Shown in pieces: positions 51,839 to 61,293 of a stretch of 64,000 bases of DNA. Source of the stretch: an uncultured Candidatus Binatia bacterium. GTDB taxonomy: Bacteria > Desulfobacterota > Binatia > Bin18. The position numbers and the translations under genes were made by a program. The stretch is from positions 780,400 to 844,399 of the forward strand of contig CBDBDK010000001.1 of NCBI GenBank assembly GCA_965203745.1, in the 5' to 3' direction. The stretch's first letter is position 1. Each line of letters starts with the position of its first letter. The notes beneath the pieces were generated by a model. That model was not told where the DNA came from, did no database searches, and was given only the letters and a program-made list of their open reading frames with translations.

Positions 51839-52708
51839 CTACCCAAACAAACCCCGCAGGATAGTATCAAAAGCGTTCGGGTCCTTCCGCCGATTGTACT
51901 TCCAGCTTGCTTCATTCAAGTACAGCGGCATGTACTTCTTGGTGTAGTGATGGTGCGTGCCGTACCACGCTCGCTTGACGAGACTCCAGAAGCCTTCAAT
52001 CGTGTTGGTGTGGGTCTCTCCGATAGCAAACACGCGACTGTGGTTGATGACTTGGTGCTCGTACAGAGGCTCTAATTCATTGTAGCCACCAAACTCGTCC
52101 GTCATCAAAGTTGTGCCCTCTGGTTTGACAGCCGAGCGGATGAACTTGACTAATGTCTCACCGTCTACCCGCTTCGCCATCATCGTCTTGACTTTGCCGC
52201 CCCGCTCTACAGCGCCCAGTACGGCTGTTTTGGGTCCTCTATTCCCTCTATGGTGACTCCGGTCTTCCTTCTTGTTCTCCTTGCGAGGACGGCCACCCAC
52301 ATACGTCTCGTCTGCTTCGACAATGCCCTTCAGCAGGGTGTCTTTCTTGCCCATGGCCTTGCGAATACGCTGGAGGATGTACCAAGCGGTCTTCTGGTTG
52401 AGTCTGAGGTCACGGGAGAGCTGGTGACTGGACAGGCTTTTCTTGGCGTTGACAACCAGGGAGATGGCAGCAAACCACTTCTGAAGGGGGACGCGGGTCT
52501 TCTCGAAGATCGTGCCGGAGAGCACGTTGAAGGAGGAGGTACACTCATGGCAGTTCCAGCGGCCTATGAGCTTGTTTTCCTTCTTGCGCTGCACGTCTTT
52601 TGAGTGGCAGTAGGGGCACTCGGGCTCGCCATTCCAGCGGATATCTTCTAAGTGAGTGATGCAGGCCAGTTGGTCAGGGAAGGTGTCGAGCAGATCAAAC
52701 AGATTCAT
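51839..52708 (-). CDS. IS1595-family (ISXO2-like) transposase
   Basis: N-terminal zinc ribbon CPYCHS..WNCHECTSSF. DDE region IVEADETYVGG. The start is taken at MNLFDLLD (52708); the ORF is open to 52771. Confidence 0.85.
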   Translation of the reverse strand: MNLFDLLDTFPDQLACITHLEDIRWNGEPECPYCHSKDVQRKKENKLIGRWNCHECTSSFNVLSGTIFEKTRVPLQKWFAAISLVVNAKKSLSSHQLSRDLRLNQKTAWYILQRIRKAMGKKDTLLKGIVEADETYVGGRPRKENKKEDRSHHRGNRGPKTAVLGAVERGGKVKTMMAKRVDGETLVKFIRSAVKPEGTTLMTDEFGGYNELEPLYEHQVINHSRVFAIGETHTNTIEGFWSLVKRAWYGTHHHYTKKYMPLYLNEASWKYNRRKDPNAFDTILRGLFG

Positions 52709-52758
52709 CGTCTTTCTCCCTGTATCTTCTTTCGATACAGAGAGTTTATAGAATCTGT

Positions 52759-52817
52759 GTAAAAAAGTCAAGCCTGTAACTACTCATTGCGGGAGGTTAG
52801 CATTTTGACTTTTTTAC
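52759..52817. repeat. 13-bp perfect inverted repeat (GTAAAAAAGTCAA / TTGACTTTTTTAC) with a 33-nt loop
   Basis: Lies between the IS1595 transposase start and the MPN gene. A 10-nt relative (AAATAGTCAA) at 51551-51560 could be the other IS end. Confidence 0.6.
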
Positions 52818-52866
52818 GGGAGACAGCCATAATCCGAGGGTTACGCGACGAGAAGGAAACGCTGGA

Positions 52867-53385
52867 GTGGTACAGCTTACGTCCGAGACACACGCGGCCC
52901 TGAGTCAGCACGCGCGGGAGACTTTTCCGGAGGAGTGCTGTGGGGCCATTATGCGGATGGACGGACGTGAGGAAGTCCGCCGCATTGCCAATGTTCAAAA
53001 CGCCATGCACGCCAAGGACCCGCGCACCTATCCGCGGGATGCCACGATTGCGTATCTCATGGAGCCCACGGAACTGCTGGCCGTGCTCAAAGCGGTCGAT
53101 GCCGGGGCCGAGCTGACGGCATTCTACCATTCCCATCCTAACCATGACGCCTATTTTTCCGCTGAAGATAAAGCCCAAGCCATGTTCGGTGATGAACCGT
53201 CCTACCCGGATGCCTCGTATCTGGTGATCTCCATCTATGAACGTGAGGTCAGAACCATCAAGGCGTTTGGTTGGGACGACATTAGCAGGGATTTTATTGA
53301 AACCGAGTGTCAGGTCTTGGGAGAGAACGGATCGCCTGCTCCAGCCCAAGGAAGGGGACGCATAAAGAAGGAGAGAACAGGATGA
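52867..53385 (+). CDS. MPN/JAB (JAMM) metalloprotease-fold protein
   Basis: EECCGAI and the HSHPNHDAYFSAED JAMM motif. Confidence 0.85.
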   Translation: MVQLTSETHAALSQHARETFPEECCGAIMRMDGREEVRRIANVQNAMHAKDPRTYPRDATIAYLMEPTELLAVLKAVDAGAELTAFYHSHPNHDAYFSAEDKAQAMFGDEPSYPDASYLVISIYEREVRTIKAFGWDDISRDFIETECQVLGENGSPAPAQGRGRIKKERTG

Positions 53386-54014
53386 CGATAAAACAGGTGA
53401 AACGCGGGCTGTGTGCCCTGGTCGCGGCGGGCGGGATGCTGGGCTTCGTGACTTCCGCTGGCTGGGCGAACGATTTACCCAAGGCGGGCACGTGGTCGCT
53501 CGGGATGCAGTCCGGCTATACCATCAGCGCAGACTCCGGGTCCCGGAAAATCGAAAAAGTCCCGGTGCATCTCCGCATCGGCTATACGGCCTTTCAGGGC
53601 TCCAAATGGTTTCTACCCAAAGGCGCGCTCGAAATCGCCACCGAGCCCTTTGGTTCCATAATAACCCAGAAATCACGGGGCCGAGGACTTGAGCGCCACA
53701 GAGGCTCTTTTGAGGTTGGCCTGATGCTGCCGGTGCTGACCTATCACTTTGATCTCGGCATTCCGTTCTACCCCTATATCGAGGGGGGGCTGGGCGTCAT
53801 GTATCACAACCTTCAGGGCTATGATCTCGGCGGCGGCCTCAATTTTGCTGAAATGGTGGGCGGTGGCGGCACCTATTTTATTGACGATAATCTGGCTATC
53901 AATTTTGGCTATCGTTTCCGGCACGCCTCGAATGCCAGCCTGTATGACGAAAACCGCGGCCTGAATACGCATACCTTTACGGCCGGTTTCTCGTATCTGC
54001 TGCCGGCCCAATAA
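53382..54014 (+). CDS. Acyloxyacyl hydrolase / lipid A deacylase (PagL-like) outer-membrane protein
   Basis: Signal peptide MTIKQVKRGLCALVAAGGMLGFVTSAGWA. C-terminal FRHASNASLYDENRGLN..FSYLL. Confidence 0.75.
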   Translation: MTIKQVKRGLCALVAAGGMLGFVTSAGWANDLPKAGTWSLGMQSGYTISADSGSRKIEKVPVHLRIGYTAFQGSKWFLPKGALEIATEPFGSIITQKSRGRGLERHRGSFEVGLMLPVLTYHFDLGIPFYPYIEGGLGVMYHNLQGYDLGGGLNFAEMVGGGGTYFIDDNLAINFGYRFRHASNASLYDENRGLNTHTFTAGFSYLLPAQ

Positions 54015-54039
54015 TGGCCAGCGCTACGGAAAGAAACGC

Positions 54040-54627
54040 GTGATGGCGGAGCGAAAGAAAAAAGCGCCGAAAGAAAATGAGTGGTGGGTGGAGGAGCACA
54101 AAAGCCGTGAGCGGGCAAACCAGTCCGAACGGCAGGCTCCGGCTGGGGCCTCGTTTTTTAAGACCGTCGAGGACTACGACCAGGTCCAGGCCGAAAAGAA
54201 CCTGACCGACCTGAACGCGCAACTCTTAGCCCAGGCCGACCCCGCGCCCGGCGCGTGGGGCTATGTATCCCTGCTTGAAAAAAAGTCCTCCCAGCGTGAG
54301 ATCGACAAGATCAAACGGTACATGCCCCTCCCGTCCAATCTGCGCGGTGCCATTGTGGACTCCGGTCTGTCGCTGCGCGCCATTGTGGCCGATACCCAGG
54401 AACTAGGGCTCTTGATGGAGTTCAATTTTATTCAGGAAGCCTCGTTCGACTGTTGGATTCGCAACGAATGGGTGAGCGAACAAGTCTTTCGGGGCAAAAA
54501 TGAACTGCTCAAGCGTTCCGAGCGGCTCCTCAGGCGCTATCTGCGCCGCGCGTCGCAGGCCGGCCATGAATTCTTTGACGCCCCCAGTCCGAGTGGGGCC
54601 TTACCGCCGGCGCGAACCGAGTGGTAA
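54040..54627 (+). CDS. Hypothetical protein
   Basis: 195-aa ORF with coding-like composition. No family recognised. Confidence 0.45.
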   Translation: MMAERKKKAPKENEWWVEEHKSRERANQSERQAPAGASFFKTVEDYDQVQAEKNLTDLNAQLLAQADPAPGAWGYVSLLEKKSSQREIDKIKRYMPLPSNLRGAIVDSGLSLRAIVADTQELGLLMEFNFIQEASFDCWIRNEWVSEQVFRGKNELLKRSERLLRRYLRRASQAGHEFFDAPSPSGALPPARTEW

Positions 54628-54728
54628 ACGCCGGGGCTGACACGACGCACTCCTCAAGAAACGTATGACGCAAACAGCGTGTGGTGTCACTAGTCGAAAA
54701 CGGAGCCGGAGTGTACCGGAGTCGGCGG

Positions 54729-54874
54729 AACCCACCCCGCCGCTCCGCGGCGCAAAGAGGAAACGTGTCCTTCAACAGAACCGGCAGATGTTGACACGTT
54801 CCCTCTTTCCCTCCCAAGAGGGGATAAAGAAGCTCCCCTCCTTGGAGGGGTGGCCCGAAGGGCCGGGGTGGGTT
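54729..54874. repeat. REP family A cluster, one unit interrupted by a 55-bp hairpin
   Basis: AACCCACCCCGCCGCTCCGCGGCG, then the insert at 54754-54808, then CTCCCAAGAGGGGAT, then a forward unit CTCCCCTCCTTGGAGGGGTGGCCCGAAGGGCCGGGGTGGGTT. Confidence 0.8.
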
Positions 54875-54920
54875 ACCCTCTGCCAGCAGTCACTTCATAT
54901 GCCCACATAAGGAGGAAGCC

Positions 54921-55763
54921 ATGCCGAGTACTGCATCCCGCCTGCGCGCCATGCTCAACGGCCCGGAGATGGTTGTTGCGCCGTTCATCTTCGATGCGTT
55001 TCAGGCCAAGATTGCCCAAGCCACTGGGTTTGAGGCCGTGTATATGACCGGGTTCGGGACGGCGGCCTCGCGCGGATTTCCCGATGTGGGGCTGCTGACC
55101 ATGGCCGAGATGGTCGAGAATGTGCGTGCCATTGCGGGCGCCATCGATATTCCGCTGGTGTGCGATGCGGACACCGGCTACGGCAACCCGGTGAATGTCT
55201 ACCGGACCGTTCGTGAATATGAAGCGGCGGGAGCGGCGGCGCTGCATATGGAAGACCAGGTGTGGCCCAAGCGCTGCGGGTTTTTATCCGGGAAGCAGGT
55301 CATCCCCATGGCCGACATGATCCCGAAAGTCAAAGCCGCGTGTGATGCCCGACGCAACAAGGACTTCGTGATTATTGCCCGCACCGATGCCCTGGCGGTC
55401 AATGGCTGGGACGATGTTGTCCAACGTGCCAGGGCATATAGAGAGGCGGGCGCCGATCTCATCTTTGTGGACGGGATTAAAACGCACGACGATATCAAGC
55501 GCTACGTCCAGAAGCTTGGCGACCTGCCGCTGCTGTATAACGGGCAACTGCTGCCCGTGCAGGAACTCGCCACATACGGCTTCAAGCTGACGATTTATTC
55601 CGCAACCCTGATGGCCGCCTACATCCGCATGCGCGACGCCATGCAGGAACTCAAAACCACGGGCCGTATTGTGCAGGGCGCAGGCTGGGAGTCGTTTGAG
55701 GAGCTGACGGCACTACTCGGTGTGCCGGAAGCCATGGAACTGGGGAGAAAGTACGAGCAGTAG
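54921..55763 (+). CDS. Isocitrate lyase / PEP mutase family protein
   Basis: 280 aa. IPLVCDADTGYGNPVNVYRTVREYEAAGAAALHMEDQVWPKRCG. Confidence 0.88.
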   Translation: MPSTASRLRAMLNGPEMVVAPFIFDAFQAKIAQATGFEAVYMTGFGTAASRGFPDVGLLTMAEMVENVRAIAGAIDIPLVCDADTGYGNPVNVYRTVREYEAAGAAALHMEDQVWPKRCGFLSGKQVIPMADMIPKVKAACDARRNKDFVIIARTDALAVNGWDDVVQRARAYREAGADLIFVDGIKTHDDIKRYVQKLGDLPLLYNGQLLPVQELATYGFKLTIYSATLMAAYIRMRDAMQELKTTGRIVQGAGWESFEELTALLGVPEAMELGRKYEQ

Positions 55764-55768
55764 CAGAT

Positions 55769-55898
55769 AATCCCCTCCAGGGGGGGAGCAGAATACATCC
55801 CCTCTTGGGAGGGGTGCCGCGTAGCGGCGGGGTGGGTCTAACGGACGGTCGTACCAGGTACCCACCCCGGCCTTCGGCCACCCTTCCAGGGAGGGGAT
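55769..55898. repeat. REP family A dimer (CCGC-type forward, GGCC-type reverse)
   Basis: ATCCCCTCTTGGGAGGGGTGCCGCGTAGCGGCGGGGTGGGT, spacer CTAACGGACGGTCGTACCAGG, then ACCCACCCCGGCCTTCGGCCACCCTTCCAGGGAGGGGAT. The same spacer is seen inverted at 59912-59933. Confidence 0.85.
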
Positions 55899-55916
55899 AG
55901 GATTACGGTTTTTGTT

Positions 55917-56756
55917 CTACCCCACCCGCTGAAAGCCGAACAGCGACAGACGCCGGTGGGTCCTGCCGGCTGGCTTTGCCTTGGAAACCACCTGCTTGAG
56001 AGTTGCTGAAAAATTCTCAAGGTCCACGTGCTTCCGCTCCTCAAACTCTTCAAGCTCACGCTGCCGTTTTGCCTGAAACGCCTCGAAGTCGCTGACCCAC
56101 TGCGCGTGGAAGCTGTCCAGGGCGGTGGCGACATCCTTGAACATGGAGGAATTGACCACGAGAGAGCCGCCACAGTGAGGACAGTAGAAGACGATGCCAA
56201 TCCGAAAATGCCGAAACGGTGCGCTGAATTCCTCGTCGCAACGATGACAGTTAATCGGGACTTCCCATTCGTCTACGCTCGGAATGGAGAGCGAGACAGA
56301 ATCGGCAACCGATGCCGGGGCAGCGGCCGGAGCGGGTTGTGGAGCCGGTGCTGGAGCGGGTTGCGCCGCCGGGGCAGCTTCAGCCCCTGGAGCCTCAACC
56401 GGAGCCGGAGCAGCCTCTCCCCCTTCGCCCTTAAAACGAGAGGGGAAATCATCTCCAAACGTCTGCTCGGGATGGAGTTCCTTGGCCCGCGCCAGTAACA
56501 CGTCCTCCGTCTCGACAATGTCCGGGTTCGGGATACAACAGTCCACCGGACACACCGCCGCACACGCTTCCTGATCGAAAAAGCCGACGCACTCCGTGCA
56601 TTTATCCGGGACGATATAAAAGATGTCATCATCAATGGCGGGATTTGTTGCCCCGTTCAAGTCCCACTCCACCCCGCCTTGATAGATGGCGGTATTGGGA
56701 CACTCGGGCTCACACGCCCCGCAGTTGATACAGTCCTCAGTGATCATCGTCGCCAT
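55917..56756 (-). CDS. 2x[4Fe-4S] ferredoxin fused to an Ala/Pro-rich linker and a C-terminal zinc-ribbon domain
   Basis: N-terminus ITEDCINCGACEPECP..KCTECVGFFDQEACAAVCPVDC. Linker APAPVEAPGAEAAPAAQPAPAPAPQPAPAAAP. C-terminus CHRCDEEF..YCPHCGG. Confidence 0.85.
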   Translation of the reverse strand: MATMITEDCINCGACEPECPNTAIYQGGVEWDLNGATNPAIDDDIFYIVPDKCTECVGFFDQEACAAVCPVDCCIPNPDIVETEDVLLARAKELHPEQTFGDDFPSRFKGEGGEAAPAPVEAPGAEAAPAAQPAPAPAPQPAPAAAPASVADSVSLSIPSVDEWEVPINCHRCDEEFSAPFRHFRIGIVFYCPHCGGSLVVNSSMFKDVATALDSFHAQWVSDFEAFQAKRQRELEEFEERKHVDLENFSATLKQVVSKAKPAGRTHRRLSLFGFQRVG

Positions 56757-56848
56757 TGCCAGTCACTCCCTTTGCCCGTCCGCTCTTGCTGGCGTCGGTT
56801 TCAGTAGGGGTAGCGACCAGTCAGGCGGCTGTCAATAACCCTGATTTT

Positions 56849-56925
56849 ATCCCCTCTCGGGAGGGGTGGCCCGTAGGGCCGGGGTGGGTTCCTGGATCGT
56901 ACCTGCAAACACGACCCCTCCCGGC
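56849..56925. repeat. REP family A unit plus degenerate partner
   Basis: ATCCCCTCTCGGGAGGGGTGGCCCGTAGGGCCGGGGTGGGTT. The spacer CCTGGATCGTACCTGCAAACAC is the inverse of the spacer at 50545-50566. Confidence 0.8.
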
Positions 56926-57015
56926 CGTCCCGTCTTGCAAACCGGAGGGACACAACGGATAATATCACTCACGGTTTGAACCTCGGATCCGCAAAAAACA
57001 GACTGCACTGCTGCC

Positions 57016-58077
57016 ATGAATCCCGCCTTTGTTCCCCGTCTGGTTAACGGGCCGTTTGGCGACCCCGGGCTGTATATTCAACTGCGCTGGGAAGGCCGGG
57101 CCGTCTTGTTCGACCTCGGTCAGAACGACAGCTTCCCTGCCGGGGACCTGTGTCGGGTCAGCCACGTGTGTGTCTCGCACTGCCATATGGATCACTTCAT
57201 TGGGTTTGACCGACTGCTGCGCGTGTTTCTGGGTCGGGACCAGACCCTGTGGCTGTGTGGGCCGCCCGGTATCCTGGACTGTGTTGAGGGTAAACTGCGC
57301 GGCTATACCTGGAATCTGGTGGACGGTTATGGGTTCTCGCTTGAGGTGGCAGAGGTCTGGCCGGATTCGATCCGGCGGGCCGTCTTTCCGGCGGCAAGCG
57401 GTTTTCGGCGGGAGGCGCTGCCTGAACAGCCCTTCCACGGGCTGGTCGTGGATGAGTCGGCATTCTGCATCCGTGCGACCCATCTTGACCACCGCATCTA
57501 CTCCCTGGCGTTCGCGCTGGAAGAGAAGAGCCATCTGAATGTGGATACCATCTACTTGGCACGGCAGGGCGTTCCCCCCGGTCCGTGGCTGTCCGCGCTC
57601 AAGAACGCCCTGCGCAGGGGGGAGCCGGATAGCGCCGTGGTCACGGCCACGTGGCAGGAAAACGGACAGGCCCGTTCTCGGGATTTCAGCCTGGGCACGC
57701 TACGGGGGTCGCTGGTCAAGGAAACACAGGGACAGAAATTTGCCTATGTGGTGGATACGCTCTTCAGCCCGGAGAACACGGAACGCATTGCGGCCCTGGC
57801 CCAGGACGCGGATGTCTTTTTCTGTGAATCTCCATTTCTGGACGCCGATGAAGACCAGGCCACCAAGCGTTATCATCTCACCGCCAAACAGGCCGGCCTC
57901 CTGGGGCGTTCCGCTCACGCCCGGGAGCTGCGGGTTTTCCATTTTTCTCCGCGCTACGCCGGCCGGGCCGAGGAATTATACCGTGAGGCCCAGGCGTCTT
58001 TTTGTGGCGAGTCTCCCCAAGCTGCTCCGCAAGCTGAGCAGAACGAGGCCGCTACGCTGACCCCGGCAGGAAGGTGA
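57016..58077 (+). CDS. MBL-fold metallo-hydrolase (RNase Z-like)
   Basis: VSHCHMDHFIGFDRLLR is an HxHxDH motif. Confidence 0.85.
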   Translation: MNPAFVPRLVNGPFGDPGLYIQLRWEGRAVLFDLGQNDSFPAGDLCRVSHVCVSHCHMDHFIGFDRLLRVFLGRDQTLWLCGPPGILDCVEGKLRGYTWNLVDGYGFSLEVAEVWPDSIRRAVFPAASGFRREALPEQPFHGLVVDESAFCIRATHLDHRIYSLAFALEEKSHLNVDTIYLARQGVPPGPWLSALKNALRRGEPDSAVVTATWQENGQARSRDFSLGTLRGSLVKETQGQKFAYVVDTLFSPENTERIAALAQDADVFFCESPFLDADEDQATKRYHLTAKQAGLLGRSAHARELRVFHFSPRYAGRAEELYREAQASFCGESPQAAPQAEQNEAATLTPAGR

Positions 58078-58086
58078 GCCCGCCGT

Positions 58087-58530
58087 ATGCCCGTCGTGAT
58101 CCCGCAGCCCGTTCAGCGTTTCATCAATGATCACGTGGTTGCCCGCCTGGCGACTGCTGACGCCGCGGGTCAGCCGCACGTGATTCCGTTCTGTTATGCC
58201 TTTGATGGCGAGCACGTCTATTTTGTGGTGGACCACAAACCCAAGCGCCAAACCGGCAAACCCCTCAAGCGCATCCGCAATATGCTGGAAAACCCGCAGG
58301 CGGCCATTGTGATTGACGACTATGACGACGACTGGACCCAGCTCGCCTATGTCCTCATAACCGGCACGACTGCGCTGGTGGATGATGAAGCCGAATACGC
58401 CCGCATCCTGGCCCGGCTGCGCGAACGCTATCCCCAGTATCGCGCCATGGACCTCACTTTCGCCGATAATGCCATGGTCCGCATCTCGCCCACCAAGGTG
58501 CACGCCTGGGGGAAAATCGAGCAGGACTGA
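58087..58530 (+). CDS. PPOX-class (pyridoxamine 5'-phosphate oxidase-like, probably F420-dependent) protein
   Basis: 147 aa. FINDHVVARLATADAAGQPHVIPFCYAFDGEHVYFVVDHKPK. Confidence 0.75.
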   Translation: MPVVIPQPVQRFINDHVVARLATADAAGQPHVIPFCYAFDGEHVYFVVDHKPKRQTGKPLKRIRNMLENPQAAIVIDDYDDDWTQLAYVLITGTTALVDDEAEYARILARLRERYPQYRAMDLTFADNAMVRISPTKVHAWGKIEQD

Positions 58531-58544
58531 GAGCGGCGTCCTGC

Positions 58545-59741
58545 TTAGAGACGCTCCAGCACCTGTTGCATGACCCACACGGCGCGCCCAATCTCTTGCG
58601 AAGAAATCACCAGCGGCGGAGCCAGGCGGACAACCGTATCTTCGTGCAGGGTCCAGCCCAGGACGAGACCCTGGGCAAAGCAGTCCTGCACAAACTGCTG
58701 GGTCAGTTGCGGGCTGGTGAAGTCCAGGCCGATCAGCAAGCCGCATCCCCGCACGGCAGTACACCGGCCGGTCTCGACCAGGGGTTCCAGCCGGCGACAA
58801 AACTCCGCTCCTTTATCTTGGGCCCGCTGGACGAGGCCGTCCTGAAGCAGCACGTCGAGGGCGGCCAGGCCCGCGGCACAGCACACCGGATGCCCGCCGA
58901 ATGTCGTGACATGGGCGAGAGCGGGGTCGTGCGATAAGGTCTCCATGATCTGCGGGGTGCTGATAAACGCCCCGAGAGGCATACCGCCGCCCAGGGCTTT
59001 GGCAACCACCAGGATGTCGGGTGTCACCTGCCAGTGCTCGCCGGCAAACAGCCTGCCGGTCCGCCCGAAGCCGGTAATCACCTCATCAAAAATAAGCAGC
59101 GCCCCGACCTCGGAACAGCGCTGACGGAGTGCCGGCAGATAGTCGTCGTCCGGGATACGGACGCCGCCCTCGCCCTGGATGGGTTCGATAATGACCGCGG
59201 CAACGGTCTCGTCGATGGCGTGCAAGGCCGAGCGATCGTTAAAGGGCAGAAAGGCTGTGGTTGGCAGCAGGGGCTCAAACGGGTCGCGATAGACCGGATT
59301 GCCCCCGACCGACACGGAGCCGAATGTGTCACCGTGAAAGCTGCCAACAAAACTGACAAAACCGGACCGACCGGTATACTTCCGGGCGGTCTTGAGCGCA
59401 CCCTCGACCGCCTCCGTGCCACTATTGGTGAAATAGGTCACCGACAACTCGCCGGGGGTCAGTTCGGCCAGCCGCCGCGCCAGATCGACCTGGGGCTGTT
59501 GGATATATTCACCGTAGACCATGGCGTGCAGATATTGCTCGGCCTGGGCCTGAACAGCCCGGACCACCGCCGGATGGGTATGGCCGATGCCGGTTACGCC
59601 AATGCCGGACAGCAGGTCGAGATATTCCCTGCCGCTGGTGTCTGTCACAACGCAGCCGCGCGACCGCGCGACTTCCACGCCCATGGGGGCGGGCGAGGTC
59701 TGGCTCACATAGCGCAGAAAATCGTCGCGAAGAGAAGCCAT
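58545..59741 (-). CDS. Class-III PLP-dependent aminotransferase (acetylornithine/GABA aminotransferase family)
   Basis: 398 aa from MASLRDDF. NSGTEAVEGALKTARKYTGR, IIEPIQGEGGV, LIFDEVITGFGRTG. The 575-aa ORF extension crosses REP repeats and was rejected. Confidence 0.9.
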   Translation of the reverse strand: MASLRDDFLRYVSQTSPAPMGVEVARSRGCVVTDTSGREYLDLLSGIGVTGIGHTHPAVVRAVQAQAEQYLHAMVYGEYIQQPQVDLARRLAELTPGELSVTYFTNSGTEAVEGALKTARKYTGRSGFVSFVGSFHGDTFGSVSVGGNPVYRDPFEPLLPTTAFLPFNDRSALHAIDETVAAVIIEPIQGEGGVRIPDDDYLPALRQRCSEVGALLIFDEVITGFGRTGRLFAGEHWQVTPDILVVAKALGGGMPLGAFISTPQIMETLSHDPALAHVTTFGGHPVCCAAGLAALDVLLQDGLVQRAQDKGAEFCRRLEPLVETGRCTAVRGCGLLIGLDFTSPQLTQQFVQDCFAQGLVLGWTLHEDTVVRLAPPLVISSQEIGRAVWVMQQVLERL

Positions 59742-59798
59742 GTTCAAAACATATGCGAGCGGGAAGGGTTCAGCAATTCCATACGGCCAGTCGGAAGG

Positions 59799-60022
59799 AA
59801 CCCACCCCGGCCTCCTTCGACTTAGCTCAGGACAGGCCTCCCAAGAGGGGATGTAAAAAAGCTCCCCTCCTTGGAGGGGTGGCCCGGAGGGCCGGGGTGG
59901 GTTCCTGGTACGGCCGTCCGTTAGACCCACCCCGCCGCTACGCGGCACCCCTCCCAAGAGGGGAAGGGGATGTAGAAAAAAGCTCCTCTCCTCTTTGTGC
60001 GACGTCAGCGGCGGGGTGGGTT
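59799..60022. repeat. REP family A cluster (four to five units)
   Basis: Alternating reverse and forward units, including CTCCCCTCCTTGGAGGGGTGGCCCGGAGGGCCGGGGTGGGTT and ACCCACCCCGCCGCTACGCGGCACCCCTCCCAAGAGGGGA. Confidence 0.85.
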
Positions 60023-60096
60023 CCTCGGCCTCTGAGGGTATTTTCTCCGATCGTCGAAATTGGTAGCGTGCGCCCTGGACATACAAGGAGGAACGG

Positions 60097-61188
60097 ATGG
60101 CCAGGAAGAAAGTCTTAGTCGCGGGTGCCTCCGGTCTGGTCGGTTTTGCAGCCGTGCGCCATTTTGCCAGCCTGGACGGATGGGATGTTGTGGGCGTGTC
60201 ACGCCGTATTCCCGATGGCCTTGAGGGCGCTACGCTCATATCCGTTGACCTGCAAGACCGGACCCGTTGCACCGAAGTCTTCAGCCAGATGCACGATGTG
60301 ACCCATGTGGTCTATACCGCACTGTACGAAAAGCCCGGGGTGGTCCAGGGCTGGCGCGAGCGGGATCAGATGGAAACGAATCTGAGAATGCTGGAGAATC
60401 TGTTTGAGCCGCTCAAGGCCGCGGCAACCCAGCTCCAGCACGTGTCGCTGTTGCAGGGCACCAAGGCCTACGGCGCGCATATCGAACCGTTTCCCGCACC
60501 GGCGCGCGAACGCTGGCCGCGCCATCGGCACGAGAATTTTTATTTCCTGCAAGAAGACTATCTGCGCGAGCAGCAGCGGGGAAAAGACTGGCACTGGTCA
60601 ATCTTCCGGCCTCAGCTCATTTTTGGTGAAGCGCTCAAGGGCAACCTCAACGTGCTGCCTGCCATTTGCGTGTACGCCGCACTCCGTAAAGAAGCCGGTC
60701 TGCCGCTCTCATTTCCCGGCGGTCCGCCCTACGTCTTTGAAGCCGTAGACGCCGACCTGCTGGCGCGCTCCTTGGCCTGGGCCGCCACCAGCCCGAATGC
60801 GCGCAACGAGACGTTTAACAGCACCAATGGCGATGTGTTTGTGTGGCAAAATGTCTGGCCGACGATTGCCGATGCCCTGGGCATGGAAGTCGGTCCGCCC
60901 GAGCCGCTATGTCTCACGGAAGAGATGCCCAAGCGCGATGCCGCCTGGGCCGCAATTGTCGATAAGTATCAGCTCAAGGCTCCACGAAAAATGCTGGACT
61001 TTGTGGGCGGCTCGTTCGAGTTGACCGACCTGTCCTTTGCCTACGGCGCGTCAGAGCCGCCACCGCCCATCGTCGTCAGCACGATCAAGATCAGGCAGGC
61101 CGGTTTCCACGAGTGTATGGATACGGAGGATATGTTCCGGAACCTGATTAAGCGTTACCAGGATTTGGGATGGATACCGCCGGTGTAG
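60097..61188 (+). CDS. SDR-family NAD(P)-dependent oxidoreductase (extended/atypical, epimerase-like)
   Basis: KVLVAGASGLVG Rossmann motif. 363 aa. Confidence 0.8.
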   Translation: MARKKVLVAGASGLVGFAAVRHFASLDGWDVVGVSRRIPDGLEGATLISVDLQDRTRCTEVFSQMHDVTHVVYTALYEKPGVVQGWRERDQMETNLRMLENLFEPLKAAATQLQHVSLLQGTKAYGAHIEPFPAPARERWPRHRHENFYFLQEDYLREQQRGKDWHWSIFRPQLIFGEALKGNLNVLPAICVYAALRKEAGLPLSFPGGPPYVFEAVDADLLARSLAWAATSPNARNETFNSTNGDVFVWQNVWPTIADALGMEVGPPEPLCLTEEMPKRDAAWAAIVDKYQLKAPRKMLDFVGGSFELTDLSFAYGASEPPPPIVVSTIKIRQAGFHECMDTEDMFRNLIKRYQDLGWIPPV

Positions 61189-61293
61189 ACGAGCGAATGT
61201 CACTAGGTGTTTTGTCTCTGATCCCCTCCTTCTTTGGGGACCGAGTATCCGACAGTTGTGGAGATGGAAAGCGATGAGATGAGGGAGAGTCTA

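Noticed and set aside
59742-60272. N-terminal extension of the aminotransferase ORF (575-aa version)
   Set aside because: The extension is a translation of the REP cluster (..PLLGGVPRSGGVG.. type peptides). Family similarity begins at MASLRDDF (59741).
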